Positions 10,349 to 19,563 of a stretch of DNA of 64,000 nucleotides are shown piece after piece. The notes under the pieces are model-generated. The model did no database searches and was not told where the DNA came from. It worked only from the letters and a program-made list of their open reading frames with translations. This stretch comes from Candidatus Parcubacteria bacterium (GTDB lineage: Bacteria > Patescibacteriota > Minisyncoccia > Phycocordibacterales > UBA6065), in NCBI GenBank assembly GCA_039796155.1, contig JBDKKJ010000007.1, forward strand, positions 58,409-122,408, written 5' to 3'. Position 1 is the first letter of the stretch. The number at the start of each line of letters is the position of its first letter. Made by a program: the position numbers and the translations under genes.

Positions 10349-10981
10349 TTATCCTCCCGTATAATACGAACCATTAGAGCAAATACCGTTTGTATCTGCC
10401 GCTACGGCAATCTGCCCTGTCTGCTCTACTATAATCTTTCGTATAACCCCTTTTGGAGAAGAAATACAGATTTCTGCTTTCGCGAAAGCTGTTACCGAGT
10501 CAGTACCCACACGAATATATGCATCTGGATTAGGACGCACAAAAGAAATGTCAATCAAACGATTCGTACACACTGTGTCGACACACACTTTAGTGATTCG
10601 ATTCCCTTTTTGAAGACTAAATGATTCAACCACATTCGCGGCACCACACTCTGATGCATCACAAAGATGATTTATGGTTGGTTTATCTTCAAACAGTGTA
10701 TACGCTGTTGGTGTGTTCATATCAAAATGAATACCGTACGCAGAATCAAACGCTCCTGCCGCATTCTTTCGAACCGTCACACCATATACCTGAGATTGTC
10801 GAATTGAAATGGCAACCTCGTATGCAAGGTTTGTAAGAAGGACACTCGAATTAAACTGTGCATTATTAAAAACCGCCATGGTCGTAATAACCGAGAAAAT
10901 AGAAATAGAGACAAGAAGCTCGACAAGGGTAAAACCTTGCTGCGTCTTCTTGTGAGTATGTGTGGGAGATATGTTACGCAT
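10349..10981 (-). CDS. Minor pilin (FimT/GspH-like)
   Basis: 210 aa; QQG|FTLVELLVSISIFSVITTMAV prepilin signature. Confidence 0.6.
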   Translation of the reverse strand: MRNISPTHTHKKTQQGFTLVELLVSISIFSVITTMAVFNNAQFNSSVLLTNLAYEVAISIRQSQVYGVTVRKNAAGAFDSAYGIHFDMNTPTAYTLFEDKPTINHLCDASECGAANVVESFSLQKGNRITKVCVDTVCTNRLIDISFVRPNPDAYIRVGTDSVTAFAKAEICISSPKGVIRKIIVEQTGQIAVAADTNGICSNGSYYTGG

Positions 10982-11001
10982 GGAATCGTACTTTCATATC
11001 A

Positions 11002-11811
11002 TTATACAGTCAAAAACAAAAGAATAGTTTGCATATCAATACCCCACATGAAAGAGATAAGAAAACCTAAGAGTATATAAGGTCCAAACGGAATTTCACT
11101 CTTCATGCCGAGACCATGCTTTCGCAGGCCTAGTTTTTGCAAGAGCATAATAATGAGGGATACTGCTGCACCAATCCAGAACGACATAAGTACCGCAGCA
11201 ATTCCCTGCCACAAGCCAAGAAACCAACCGATAGAAAGCGCAAGTTTTGCATCACCAAGTCCCATCCACGTACCCTTTGACACCGCCCAGAAGAAAAAGA
11301 AGAAAAGAAAAAGAACTGGTCCGGCAATAAGCCTCATCATATCGATGTGACCTGTCGCGTACCACTCTAATAGAATCGTAACAAACGTAATTCCTGCAGC
11401 TGTATACGAAAATACATCAGGAATTATTTTATGTCGCATATCATAGATACAAATCACGATATACAGACACAAAACGATAGAAACTAGTGCGAAAAAACTA
11501 AATGCTATAGGATTTACAAACGCTGAAGGCACAACAAGGTATGCGAGTGGAAAAGATATGGCACCCAAAAACTCCACCAAAGGGTACTGCCAGGATATCT
11601 TTGCCATACACCCACGACATCTGCCCTTTTGTGCTACAAAACTCAGTACAGGAATGAGTTCATACCATGAAAGCGTCTTTGCACATGAAAAACACTTCGA
11701 CCTCCCCTTTGAAATACTTGCACCCGTATCAAAACGAAGAATAACAACATTAAGAAAGCTGCCAATAATCAATCCAAAGAGTGCGAGAGAGAGTAAAATA
11801 AAATAATCCAT
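11002..11811 (-). CDS. pilD: Prepilin peptidase / N-methyltransferase (A24 family)
   Basis: 269 aa polytopic; N-terminal CFSC...CRGC zinc motif, conserved Asp regions (IPDVF, GLGDAKL). Confidence 0.85.
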   Translation of the reverse strand: MDYFILLSLALFGLIIGSFLNVVILRFDTGASISKGRSKCFSCAKTLSWYELIPVLSFVAQKGRCRGCMAKISWQYPLVEFLGAISFPLAYLVVPSAFVNPIAFSFFALVSIVLCLYIVICIYDMRHKIIPDVFSYTAAGITFVTILLEWYATGHIDMMRLIAGPVLFLFFFFFWAVSKGTWMGLGDAKLALSIGWFLGLWQGIAAVLMSFWIGAAVSLIIMLLQKLGLRKHGLGMKSEIPFGPYILLGFLISFMWGIDMQTILLFLTV

Positions 11812-11814
11812 TTG

Positions 11815-12243
11815 CTATTTACTTACCTTGTAGGTGGCAATCGATCCTGACGGCTTGCTTGAACACGAAGCATTGTTGTCGCTTGGTGCAGATGTCATCT
11901 CGAGCTTTGCCCCCAAACAGTACGTTGTTGCAGATCCGGTGTACTCATATGTGCCGCCCGCTGGATCATTTGGAATTTCCGGGAGGTATTTATCAGTAAC
12001 GAGTTTAGTTACAAGGATACTCACATCAGTACCTACCGGATACACTTTGTTTACATCATAGTAAAGTGCGAGGCCAAGTTGTATTTCTTTAAGATCAGTA
12101 ATGCGTCTGTTGTCACGGGCGCGTGAACGACTCGCCGTTGTTGACCCGATAACAATCGTAAATAAAAAACCGATAATTGCGAGAACCGTGAGGAGCTCAA
12201 CGATAGAAAATCCTTTTTGTTTCATAGAGATATTATAACCCAC
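11815..12243 (-). CDS. Type IV pilin
   Basis: 142 aa; KQKG|FSIVELLTVLAIIGFLFTIV (start may be the second Met at 12225). Confidence 0.7.
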   Translation of the reverse strand: MGYNISMKQKGFSIVELLTVLAIIGFLFTIVIGSTTASRSRARDNRRITDLKEIQLGLALYYDVNKVYPVGTDVSILVTKLVTDKYLPEIPNDPAGGTYEYTGSATTYCLGAKLEMTSAPSDNNASCSSKPSGSIATYKVSK

Positions 12244-12244
12244 A

Positions 12245-12275
12245 AAACAAAAACCGCATGAAGCGGTTTTTGTTT
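12245..12275 (-). terminator. Intrinsic terminator after pilin 12284-12721
   Basis: Minus strand AAAAACCGC-ttcat-GCGGTTTTT + GTTTTG. Confidence 0.7.
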
Positions 12276-12283
12276 TACTGACC

Positions 12284-12721
12284 TTATGGACACTGACCAG
12301 AAGCCGCCGTTGCCGCCTTAAAGTCCCCTGTATTATCTATACACCATGCTGCGCCATTTCGTAACACAACTGACATTGCCCAATTCTGACCGTTTGATGC
12401 TGTAGAACATGTAAGTGTTGGAGTTGTCGCTGCGTTCTGTACAATATTTGCTTGTATTGTTGCAACTCGTGAATCAGCAAACATCCCAGAAGTACAGTTT
12501 GCAACGTCAGTTCCTCCCGCTGTCCCCGATCCATAACCACCGTTATCATTTCGATAAAGCTCCCCTTGAGCATAGAGTTGTTTCAAAGAAGATTTTACAG
12601 CAGAGTCCGCACCTTTTATACGAGCAGACTGAAGTGAAGAAAGCACAACTGAAGAAAGAAGTGCAATGATTGATATCACCACGAGAAGTTCTATGAGAGT
12701 AAAGCCTTTAGTTGATTTCAT
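12284..12721 (-). CDS. Type IV pilin (paralog 2)
   Basis: 145 aa; MKSTKG|FTLIELLVVISIIALLSSVVLSSLQSARIKGADSAVKSSL; C-terminal Cys pair. Confidence 0.75.
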   Translation of the reverse strand: MKSTKGFTLIELLVVISIIALLSSVVLSSLQSARIKGADSAVKSSLKQLYAQGELYRNDNGGYGSGTAGGTDVANCTSGMFADSRVATIQANIVQNAATTPTLTCSTASNGQNWAMSVVLRNGAAWCIDNTGDFKAATAASGQCP

Positions 12722-12767
12722 ATACTGTTTAATCTATGTGTAATAGATTATAGCAGAATATCGGAAA

Positions 12768-12800
12768 ATAAAAACACCCGCACAAGCGGGTGTTTTTATA
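12768..12800 (-). terminator. Intrinsic terminator after pilin 12820-13275
   Basis: Minus strand AAAAACACCCGC-ttgtgc-GCGGGTGTTTTT. Confidence 0.75.
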
Positions 12801-12819
12801 ACCAGCAAACAGTGTATTA

Positions 12820-13275
12820 TTACTGACCGCAGATAGACCCCTGAATCCTAAGGGCCACAGAAGTAGTTGTTGATTGACCCGTACCGTCAACACAAGCGAA
12901 CAAAGATGAGTTTGTCTTGAGAGGAACAGATATAGCCCAACCCACAGTACTAGTTGCGTGACAAGCTGCAACCGTCGCTGAAGAAACGGCTGTAGCATCA
13001 GCTGTTGCTGTAGTAACACCAGCAGCTGACTTTGCAGCTGCTAGCGCATTAAGAATAACTGAGTCTGAACAAACGTTTGCATAGCTGTTTGGAGATGCAG
13101 AGTCGTATACGTTCTCAGCCTGAGCTCGCATGTTGTTAAGGCTAGACTTGATTGCTGCGTCTGCTCCCTTTCCTCGAGCTGTGTTAAGAGAAGCGAGAAC
13201 AACTGATGAGAGAATACCGATGATCGCAATCACAACGAGGAGTTCGATCAATGTGAAACCTTTTGTCTTATTCAT
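12820..13275 (-). CDS. Type IV pilin, probable major pilin (own promoter and terminator)
   Basis: 151 aa; MNKTKG|FTLIELLVVIAIIGILSSVVLASLNTARGKGADAAIKSSL; C-terminal Cys pairs. Confidence 0.75.
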   Translation of the reverse strand: MNKTKGFTLIELLVVIAIIGILSSVVLASLNTARGKGADAAIKSSLNNMRAQAENVYDSASPNSYANVCSDSVILNALAAAKSAAGVTTATADATAVSSATVAACHATSTVGWAISVPLKTNSSLFACVDGTGQSTTTSVALRIQGSICGQ

Positions 13276-13409
13276 ATCTAATAGTGATGACTAATAATTA
13301 TTAAACCAACATACCGATTCCCGCTCCGCTCAAATGCTCGAGCCCTTCTCATATGCTAACCAGCGCTTGGGCGGGCCGGGAATGCGACCGACAGTGAATC
13401 GGTACCTAC

Positions 13410-13439
13410 ATTATACAGAACGGTTTTTTTCATGGCTAA
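13410..13439 (-). promoter_or_regulatory. Sigma70-like promoter of the major pilin gene (extended -10)
   Basis: Minus strand TTAGCC-N18-(TG)TATAAT; -10 at 13410-13415, TG at 13416-17, -35 at 13434-39. Predicts a leader of roughly 128 nt. Confidence 0.5.
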
Positions 13440-13475
13440 TGCACATGGGGATAAACCATTCGAAACCCGGCTCTA

Positions 13476-14684
13476 TTACGAGATATTCGAAGAGATGTTG
13501 TAGATCGGAATAAGCACAGAAGCAAGCAGGAATCCCACCCCAAGGCCAAGGAGCACGATCATAGCCGGTTCAATAAGGTCAACAAGCGTATCGACAGCAT
13601 TTACCACTTCTCGGCTATAGAATGCTGACAAAGTCTTTAAAATCTTACCCAATTCTCCAGATTCCTCCCCCACTTTTATCATTTGAATCATAATTCCTGG
13701 AATAATCTTCTTTTCAGAAAGTGCTTCAGATACTGAACGTCCACCCTTTACAGCTTCGGTTGCATCATCGATAACTTTCTTATACACCTGACTACCCACA
13801 ACACCTGAAGTAAGTTCAAGTGCACGAATCATGGGAATACCAGAAACAAGCATTGTATTCATGTTGTCTGAAATACGAGAGAGGTAAAGTTTTTGATACA
13901 AGTTCTTTACAAAAGGAGTCTTGAGCTTTGCGTCGTCGAGTGACGCTTTACCTGTAGGCGTTTGAAGAAAGCGGTACAAGAAGAAACCACCCACAAGAAC
14001 AGCCACGAAGAGGAAAATACCGTAGTTGACCATGAACTGCGACATACCAATAACAACTTTTGTATACAAAGGAATCTCCTGCCCTGATTCAGTTAAAATA
14101 GTACTGATCTTTGGAATAACCACCGTAAGCATGAGCACCATAACCACAAGGAAGGTGAAAATAACGAACGCCGGATAAATAAGTGCATTACGTGCTTTTG
14201 TGTTTACCTCATATGTTCGATCGAGGTGGTCTGCAAGGAAGACGAATACTTCATCGAGCTTTCCTGACTCCTCACCTGAACGCACCATGTTGGTATAAAA
14301 ATCAGAAAATATTTTCGGGTGCTTTGCGAGAGCATTTGAAATCGCGCTACCCGCCTGAAGATCATCAGCAATCTCAGTGAGAGCTTTACCGAGAGTCACA
14401 TTTTCAACTTCAGAAGCAAGAAGACGGAATACTCGAAGTGCAGAAACCTGTGCTTCGAAAAGAGTTGCGAGTTGTCGTGAAAGAACCACGACATCCTTTG
14501 TTGAAACACCATTAAACAGTGCAAAATCCTTTTCAAAGAAAGATACTTTCTCTGCAGGATTTACCTCTTTAATAACGAGACCTCTTCTCTGAAGTGAAGA
14601 AATTGCAACATCAATATTGATAGCATCAATAGATCCTTTTGCGTCTACTCCTTTATCATCAGTTGCGCTGTAATTAAATAGCAT
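13476..14684 (-). CDS. pilC: Type IV pilus platform protein (GspF/PilC family)
   Basis: 402 aa; two T2SS-F repeats, three TM segments. Confidence 0.85.
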   Translation of the reverse strand: MLFNYSATDDKGVDAKGSIDAINIDVAISSLQRRGLVIKEVNPAEKVSFFEKDFALFNGVSTKDVVVLSRQLATLFEAQVSALRVFRLLASEVENVTLGKALTEIADDLQAGSAISNALAKHPKIFSDFYTNMVRSGEESGKLDEVFVFLADHLDRTYEVNTKARNALIYPAFVIFTFLVVMVLMLTVVIPKISTILTESGQEIPLYTKVVIGMSQFMVNYGIFLFVAVLVGGFFLYRFLQTPTGKASLDDAKLKTPFVKNLYQKLYLSRISDNMNTMLVSGIPMIRALELTSGVVGSQVYKKVIDDATEAVKGGRSVSEALSEKKIIPGIMIQMIKVGEESGELGKILKTLSAFYSREVVNAVDTLVDLIEPAMIVLLGLGVGFLLASVLIPIYNISSNIS

Positions 14685-14690
14685 GATGTT

Positions 14691-15758
14691 TTAAATAAGT
14701 CTCTCAAGAACTTTTGGATTAGGAGAATAGAGATATGCATTCTCTGCAGAAATCTCTCCTTTTCGAACAAGTTCAGCAAGAGAACGATTCATATCAATCA
14801 TACCGCTTTCAAGACCAGTTTCGATAACTGTATTTATTTCGTGTACGCGCTTTTCTCGAATAAGGTTTGATACCGCATTATTTGCAATAAGAAGTTCATA
14901 TGCAGGAATAAGACCTCCTGATATACGAGGAATGAGTCGCTGAGAGAAAATACCCGTAAGAGTCGAGGCGAGCTGAACACGAATCTGGTCTTGCTGATTT
15001 CCCGGGAATGAGTCAATAATACGGTTAATTGTCTGTGCCGCATTGTTGGTGTGAAGTGTTGAAAGTACAAGGTGACCTGTTTCCGCGGCAGTTACAGCAG
15101 TTGCCATGGTTTCAATACCTCGCATTTCACCAATCAAAATCACGTCCACGTCCTGACGGAACACACTTCGTAGTGCTGTAGAGAAATCAATAGTATCAAC
15201 ACGCACTTCACGCTGATCGATAACACACTTCTTTTGCTCGTAGAGGTATTCAATCGGATCTTCGATTGTCACAATGTGTTCTGCTCTTTTTTCATTGATC
15301 GATTCAAGCATTGCTGCGAGAGTAGTGGTCTTGCCGTGTCCAACTGGCCCCACAACAAGGAAGAATCCCTGCTGTCGTTCACAGAATGTTTCAAGTATCG
15401 GCGGAAGGTTCAAATCAGCAAACGTCTTTATCTTCTTTGGTATGAGTCGGAATGCGAAAGATACCGCTCCACGCTGAAAGAATCCGTTACCTCGAAAACG
15501 AGCTTTGTCTTTATAGTCGTACGAAAAGTCTATCTCTTTGTTTCGCAAAAAGAGTTCACGATTTTCATCAGTCAATACAACACTCGTAATACCAAGAGTA
15601 TCCTCTTTAGTGAGCACTTTACGATTCATCAAAGGAACGAGAAATCCTGCGACACGTATCGTTGGATACCTGCCTTCAGACAGATGAAGGTCTGACGCTG
15701 ATTCTTTCATCACCGTCTCAACCAATTCTTCGAACTCTTTTTTGTAATCGAGTGCCAT
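14691..15758 (-). CDS. pilT: Twitching-motility retraction ATPase
   Basis: 355 aa; Walker A GPVGHGKTT, Asp box, Walker B DVILIGEMRG, His box TGHLVLSTLHTN. Confidence 0.85.
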   Translation of the reverse strand: MALDYKKEFEELVETVMKESASDLHLSEGRYPTIRVAGFLVPLMNRKVLTKEDTLGITSVVLTDENRELFLRNKEIDFSYDYKDKARFRGNGFFQRGAVSFAFRLIPKKIKTFADLNLPPILETFCERQQGFFLVVGPVGHGKTTTLAAMLESINEKRAEHIVTIEDPIEYLYEQKKCVIDQREVRVDTIDFSTALRSVFRQDVDVILIGEMRGIETMATAVTAAETGHLVLSTLHTNNAAQTINRIIDSFPGNQQDQIRVQLASTLTGIFSQRLIPRISGGLIPAYELLIANNAVSNLIREKRVHEINTVIETGLESGMIDMNRSLAELVRKGEISAENAYLYSPNPKVLERLI

Positions 15759-15773
15759 GAGTATGTATATGAA

Positions 15774-16175
15774 CTATTTTTTACCTCCCTTCTTTGCTGC
15801 GTATATCTTTTCCACCTCGTGGAGAACTTCAGATGGTATAGTTGCTGCCTTTACTATATATCCATCGACCTTCAATTCCTTTGCTCGCTCGATATCAGAT
15901 GATTGGCTCTGATTGGTGAGCATGACGACAATTGCATCTTCAACGAGCTTTTCGTCTCGAATTGTTTTAAGGAGTTCAAGACCATCCATGAAAGGCATAA
16001 TAATATCGAGGAGAACAATGTCTGGCTTTGCACCCGCGCGCAATTTTTCGAGCGCAGCGACAGACCCAACAGTTGTATCAACATCGTAACCATTGTTAGC
16101 AAATTTCAAAGAATACATTCCGAGCAGGAATTTGTCGTCATCAACTATGAATACTTTTATGTTTTTCTTTTCCAT
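15774..16175 (-). CDS. Receiver-only response regulator (CheY/PilH-like)
   Basis: 133 aa; DD pair (IVDDD), phospho-acceptor D in LLDIIMP, conserved T and K (KPA-equivalent YIVKA). Confidence 0.8.
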   Translation of the reverse strand: MEKKNIKVFIVDDDKFLLGMYSLKFANNGYDVDTTVGSVAALEKLRAGAKPDIVLLDIIMPFMDGLELLKTIRDEKLVEDAIVVMLTNQSQSSDIERAKELKVDGYIVKAATIPSEVLHEVEKIYAAKKGGKK

Positions 16176-16227
16176 GGTGTTACGTCTTATAGACTTCCTT
16201 TCAGTATATCACGTACAAATCTAACTT

Positions 16228-17943
16228 TTATAATTTATTCACTTCGCCCCACGGAATCTCTCTTCTAAAGGCCTTAAGCATGGCGTCTTCCTTCATAGTA
16301 AGCATTCCCTTTGCTCGGACGAGCTTGTAAATAGCCTCTTCTGTAGCACCTGTTAGGATTGCTCGTTCGAGGTCTTTATCTTTTTCAATAACCTCGGCTA
16401 CCGCCATACGTCCACGAACACCGTTTGGACACGTAGCACTTGGCTTTGGTTCCAGAACAAACGGTGGAGCAATAACATCCTTCTTGAACTCTCCAGGTAG
16501 GTCAGCAAACTGCTTATCGAGCTGCATTTGTATTGCACCCTCGGTTGGTATCTCCTCCCCACCTTCACAAATCTTCGATACAAGTCTCTGTGCCATAGCA
16601 AGCACAAGTGTCGGAGCAATCAAGTACGGATCAACTCCCATGTCTATAAGTCGTGGAATAACTCCGATAGCCGTGTTGGTGTGGATTGTTGAAAGCACAA
16701 GGTGACCGGTAAGCGCGGCTTGAATAGCCAGCTGTGCTGTTTCTTTATCTCGGATCTCTCCCACCATGATGATGTCAGGGTCTTGTCGGAGTGTTGTTCG
16801 AAGTCCTGATGCAAAGGTGTAACCAATTTCTGGACGAACCTGTGACTGTGAAACTCCTTCCATGTTGTATTCAACCGGATCTTCAAGCGAGAGCACGTTC
16901 TTTGACTCGTCATTGATCTCATTAAGCATCGAATAAAGAGTTGTAGACTTTCCAGATCCTGTCGGACCAGAGATAAGAATGAGTCCATACGGTCGTGCCA
17001 TTGCTCGACGAATCGCTTCTATGTTTCGAGGTGAGAATCCAATGTCCTCCAACTTCTTTACACCCTTTTCCTGATCAAGAATTCGCATCACCACCTTTTC
17101 ACCGTAGTATGCCGGGAATGTAGAAACACGGAAGTCGATTTTACGACCTTCAATACGCGCAGAGAATCGTCCGTCTTGAGGCTTTCGCTTTTCGTCGAGC
17201 TTCATGTTCGACAAAATCTTGATACGAGCTACTACCGCATCATGAACTTTTACCGGCAAAAGAAGCGAGGTGTGGAGATCTCCATCAACACGGAAACGAA
17301 CACGCACTTTATCAGAGAGTCGTTCAATGTGAATATCGGATGCGTTACCTTCTACCGCATAACGAAGAATTGTCGCCACAATTTTTGTAACTGGAGCGTC
17401 TTCAATGATTGTTGTCTCCCCTTTCTTACTCATTGATGAAGGACCTTCATCAGAACCATCGCTATCAATATCAGCAATATCAGTTTCAAGCTCGTCGAGC
17501 GCCTTTGTCACTTCCCCCGAAAGACCTTTATAAAGAGCTATTGCCTCGGCAAAATCTGTTTCTGAAATAAGAAACACTTTAAACGGCATACCTACCTTTG
17601 AAGCAATAAAGTTGAGAGCGTCACGCGCTTCGATATCATCAGGATCGACGACCCCCACTTCAAGAACGTTTTGATTTACAGAAATGGGAACAAAGCGGTA
17701 ATGCATCGCTGATTCCTCAGGGATATATTTAAGAATTTCAAAAGGAATCTTCTGATCCTTAAGTGCCTTAACAGGTACACCGAGGTAATCACCTTTTGCG
17801 GTGAGTAAATCAAAATCTTTTACACCTCTTTTTTTTAGAACAGAATCAATTGACTCACCAGTAAGACGCGCTTCCTCTGAGACGGCGACAGCCTCTTTTC
17901 TCTCAATAATCTTTTTATCAACAAGAGTGTCTAATATGCTCAT
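16228..17943 (-). CDS. pilB: Type IV pilus assembly ATPase (GspE/PilB family)
   Basis: 571 aa; N-terminal GSPII domain, Walker A GPTGSGKST, Walker B DIIMVGEIRD, His box TGHLVLSTIHTN. Confidence 0.9.
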   Translation of the reverse strand: MSILDTLVDKKIIERKEAVAVSEEARLTGESIDSVLKKRGVKDFDLLTAKGDYLGVPVKALKDQKIPFEILKYIPEESAMHYRFVPISVNQNVLEVGVVDPDDIEARDALNFIASKVGMPFKVFLISETDFAEAIALYKGLSGEVTKALDELETDIADIDSDGSDEGPSSMSKKGETTIIEDAPVTKIVATILRYAVEGNASDIHIERLSDKVRVRFRVDGDLHTSLLLPVKVHDAVVARIKILSNMKLDEKRKPQDGRFSARIEGRKIDFRVSTFPAYYGEKVVMRILDQEKGVKKLEDIGFSPRNIEAIRRAMARPYGLILISGPTGSGKSTTLYSMLNEINDESKNVLSLEDPVEYNMEGVSQSQVRPEIGYTFASGLRTTLRQDPDIIMVGEIRDKETAQLAIQAALTGHLVLSTIHTNTAIGVIPRLIDMGVDPYLIAPTLVLAMAQRLVSKICEGGEEIPTEGAIQMQLDKQFADLPGEFKKDVIAPPFVLEPKPSATCPNGVRGRMAVAEVIEKDKDLERAILTGATEEAIYKLVRAKGMLTMKEDAMLKAFRREIPWGEVNKL

Positions 17944-17957
17944 TCAGTATAAAAGTA

Positions 17958-18329
17958 TTAACGTGTGGTCGAAGACGCCACTGCAGTCGCAGCTGCTACG
18001 GCTGACACCACTTCGAATGTTGGAGGAAGTGGTGCGAACGGATTAGAGCGAAACTTTTCCTGTGGAGCAAGCTCTTTACCAAAATCAACCAAAGAAGTCC
18101 ACAAAGGGCTCTTGAAAAGAGAGTCATCGAGCTTGAGTCGCTTGAGCTCGTTAAGAGCAGCAAGAAAATTACTGTCAACAGGAGTACTTCGAGCATCCAT
18201 CACTGAACTTACAAGCAGATCCTCAGAAGACTGATCTCGTACGATATAGAAATATCCAGCAATGCCAATAGCAACAAAGATAGCGAGTACTATGAAGACA
18301 TTTGAGTTACCTTTTTCTTTGTTGTTCAT
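17958..18329 (-). CDS. Small single-pass membrane protein in the pilMNO operon
   Basis: 123 aa; N-terminal TM (VFIVLAIFVAIGIAGYFYIV). No family recognised; position suggests a pilus alignment accessory. Confidence 0.4.
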   Translation of the reverse strand: MNNKEKGNSNVFIVLAIFVAIGIAGYFYIVRDQSSEDLLVSSVMDARSTPVDSNFLAALNELKRLKLDDSLFKSPLWTSLVDFGKELAPQEKFRSNPFAPLPPTFEVVSAVAAATAVASSTTR

Positions 18330-18334
18330 AAAAT

Positions 18335-18868
18335 TTATTTTAGCCAGTAGGTCTTTACTGTTACACCGTAATCATAGAGTTGGTTGGTGTCACTCGAGTT
18401 AAACGAAATCGAAGTCACGTCTATTATACGCAAGCTGTGCTCGAGATCTCGAATGAATGCCAAGAACGTGTTATATGAAGCAGTTGTTGAGAACGAAAGT
18501 GTGAGAGTTCCATAAGGATTATGGCTCTGACCAATGGTGTCCTGCTGCTCAAGGGTATCTGTTTTAAAGTTACGGATTCGCATACCGTATGTCTTTGCCA
18601 TTTCATCTATATCAATAATCAAACGGACGTTATCAATATTGTCAGGTAAAAGTCGAGCAAGTTTATCCTGATCTTTCGGCGGCATCTCATTTAACTTTAC
18701 CAAAAGCTTGTCTCGTTCAGACTGAAGGTCCTTTGAATTATTAAGAGCTCGATCGTATGACTGCTTTTCAACAAGAAGCTCCTTGATACTTGTGTATGTT
18801 GGATCAACATATGCAAAGAAGAGACCCGCCGACGCTATGAGAAGTATTATTGATACGATGTTATTCAT
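18335..18868 (-). CDS. pilO: PilO-like pilus assembly protein
   Basis: 177 aa; N-terminal TM, coiled-coil, ferredoxin-like C-terminal part. ATGA overlap with the upstream gene, downstream of pilM/pilN. Confidence 0.5.
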   Translation of the reverse strand: MNNIVSIILLIASAGLFFAYVDPTYTSIKELLVEKQSYDRALNNSKDLQSERDKLLVKLNEMPPKDQDKLARLLPDNIDNVRLIIDIDEMAKTYGMRIRNFKTDTLEQQDTIGQSHNPYGTLTLSFSTTASYNTFLAFIRDLEHSLRIIDVTSISFNSSDTNQLYDYGVTVKTYWLK

Positions 18869-19509
18869 TGTCGTGGTGTTGTTGGTGCTGTCGATGTTCC
18901 TGTTGTTTTCTTTACTTCGGGTACGACCACTCCGATTGCTGATGCGTATGAAAGAAGCGCAGGATCAAGCGTTGTTGATACTGAGAATACCACTGTACCC
19001 GCCGCTTCGAGAGCCATACCGCTAACGATAGTATTTTTAAGCTGCTTCTGATCGTCGAAAAGATCAGATTGCAGAGCAACCGCAGCATAGTTCTGAGCCT
19101 GACCTTTCATAGAAACCTGAATCTTGTCTTTTGCGAGATATGCAAAACTAAAGTCCTTAAAGCGAACTGTCTTGAGCGTAACACTTGAAAGGAAGTCAAA
19201 GAAAGGTGTAACGGCTATGTGACTTGCAAGAAGCTTCTTCCCTACTTCGAGACGTGTATCAAGGCGAGTGATTTTTTTAACCGTGTCTGGTTCAAAAGCA
19301 TTCTTCGCACGGTCAAAAGTAGTTTTATTTACATCAATTTGTTTTACAACATACTGCTTGTAGAAAAAAGCTCCGCCAGAGAGCGCGAGTACTACAATAA
19401 AAACAACGGTCGACAAAAGAGAGAAAAGATTTATCGGCGCAGATTCCCGACCAGGTTGAGACATGATCGGCTTCTTTGGTATAAACGATGTTTGGAATCG
19501 AGGATCCAT
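18865..19509 (-). CDS. pilN: PilN-like pilus assembly protein
   Basis: 214 aa; short cytoplasmic N-terminus, TM (LLSTVVFIVVLALSGGAFFY), periplasmic-type domain; follows pilM. Confidence 0.5.
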   Translation of the reverse strand: MDPRFQTSFIPKKPIMSQPGRESAPINLFSLLSTVVFIVVLALSGGAFFYKQYVVKQIDVNKTTFDRAKNAFEPDTVKKITRLDTRLEVGKKLLASHIAVTPFFDFLSSVTLKTVRFKDFSFAYLAKDKIQVSMKGQAQNYAAVALQSDLFDDQKQLKNTIVSGMALEAAGTVVFSVSTTLDPALLSYASAIGVVVPEVKKTTGTSTAPTTPRQ

Positions 19510-19563
19510 GGGTTCTAATTACTCTTTTATTATACTACCCCGCACGTCTAATCGCTATCCACA

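Noticed and set aside
17829-17836. T8 (A8 on the coding strand) homopolymer inside pilB as a possible phase-variation slip site
   Set aside because: It encodes Lys-Lys in a normal reading frame. A single short tract with no evidence of variation.
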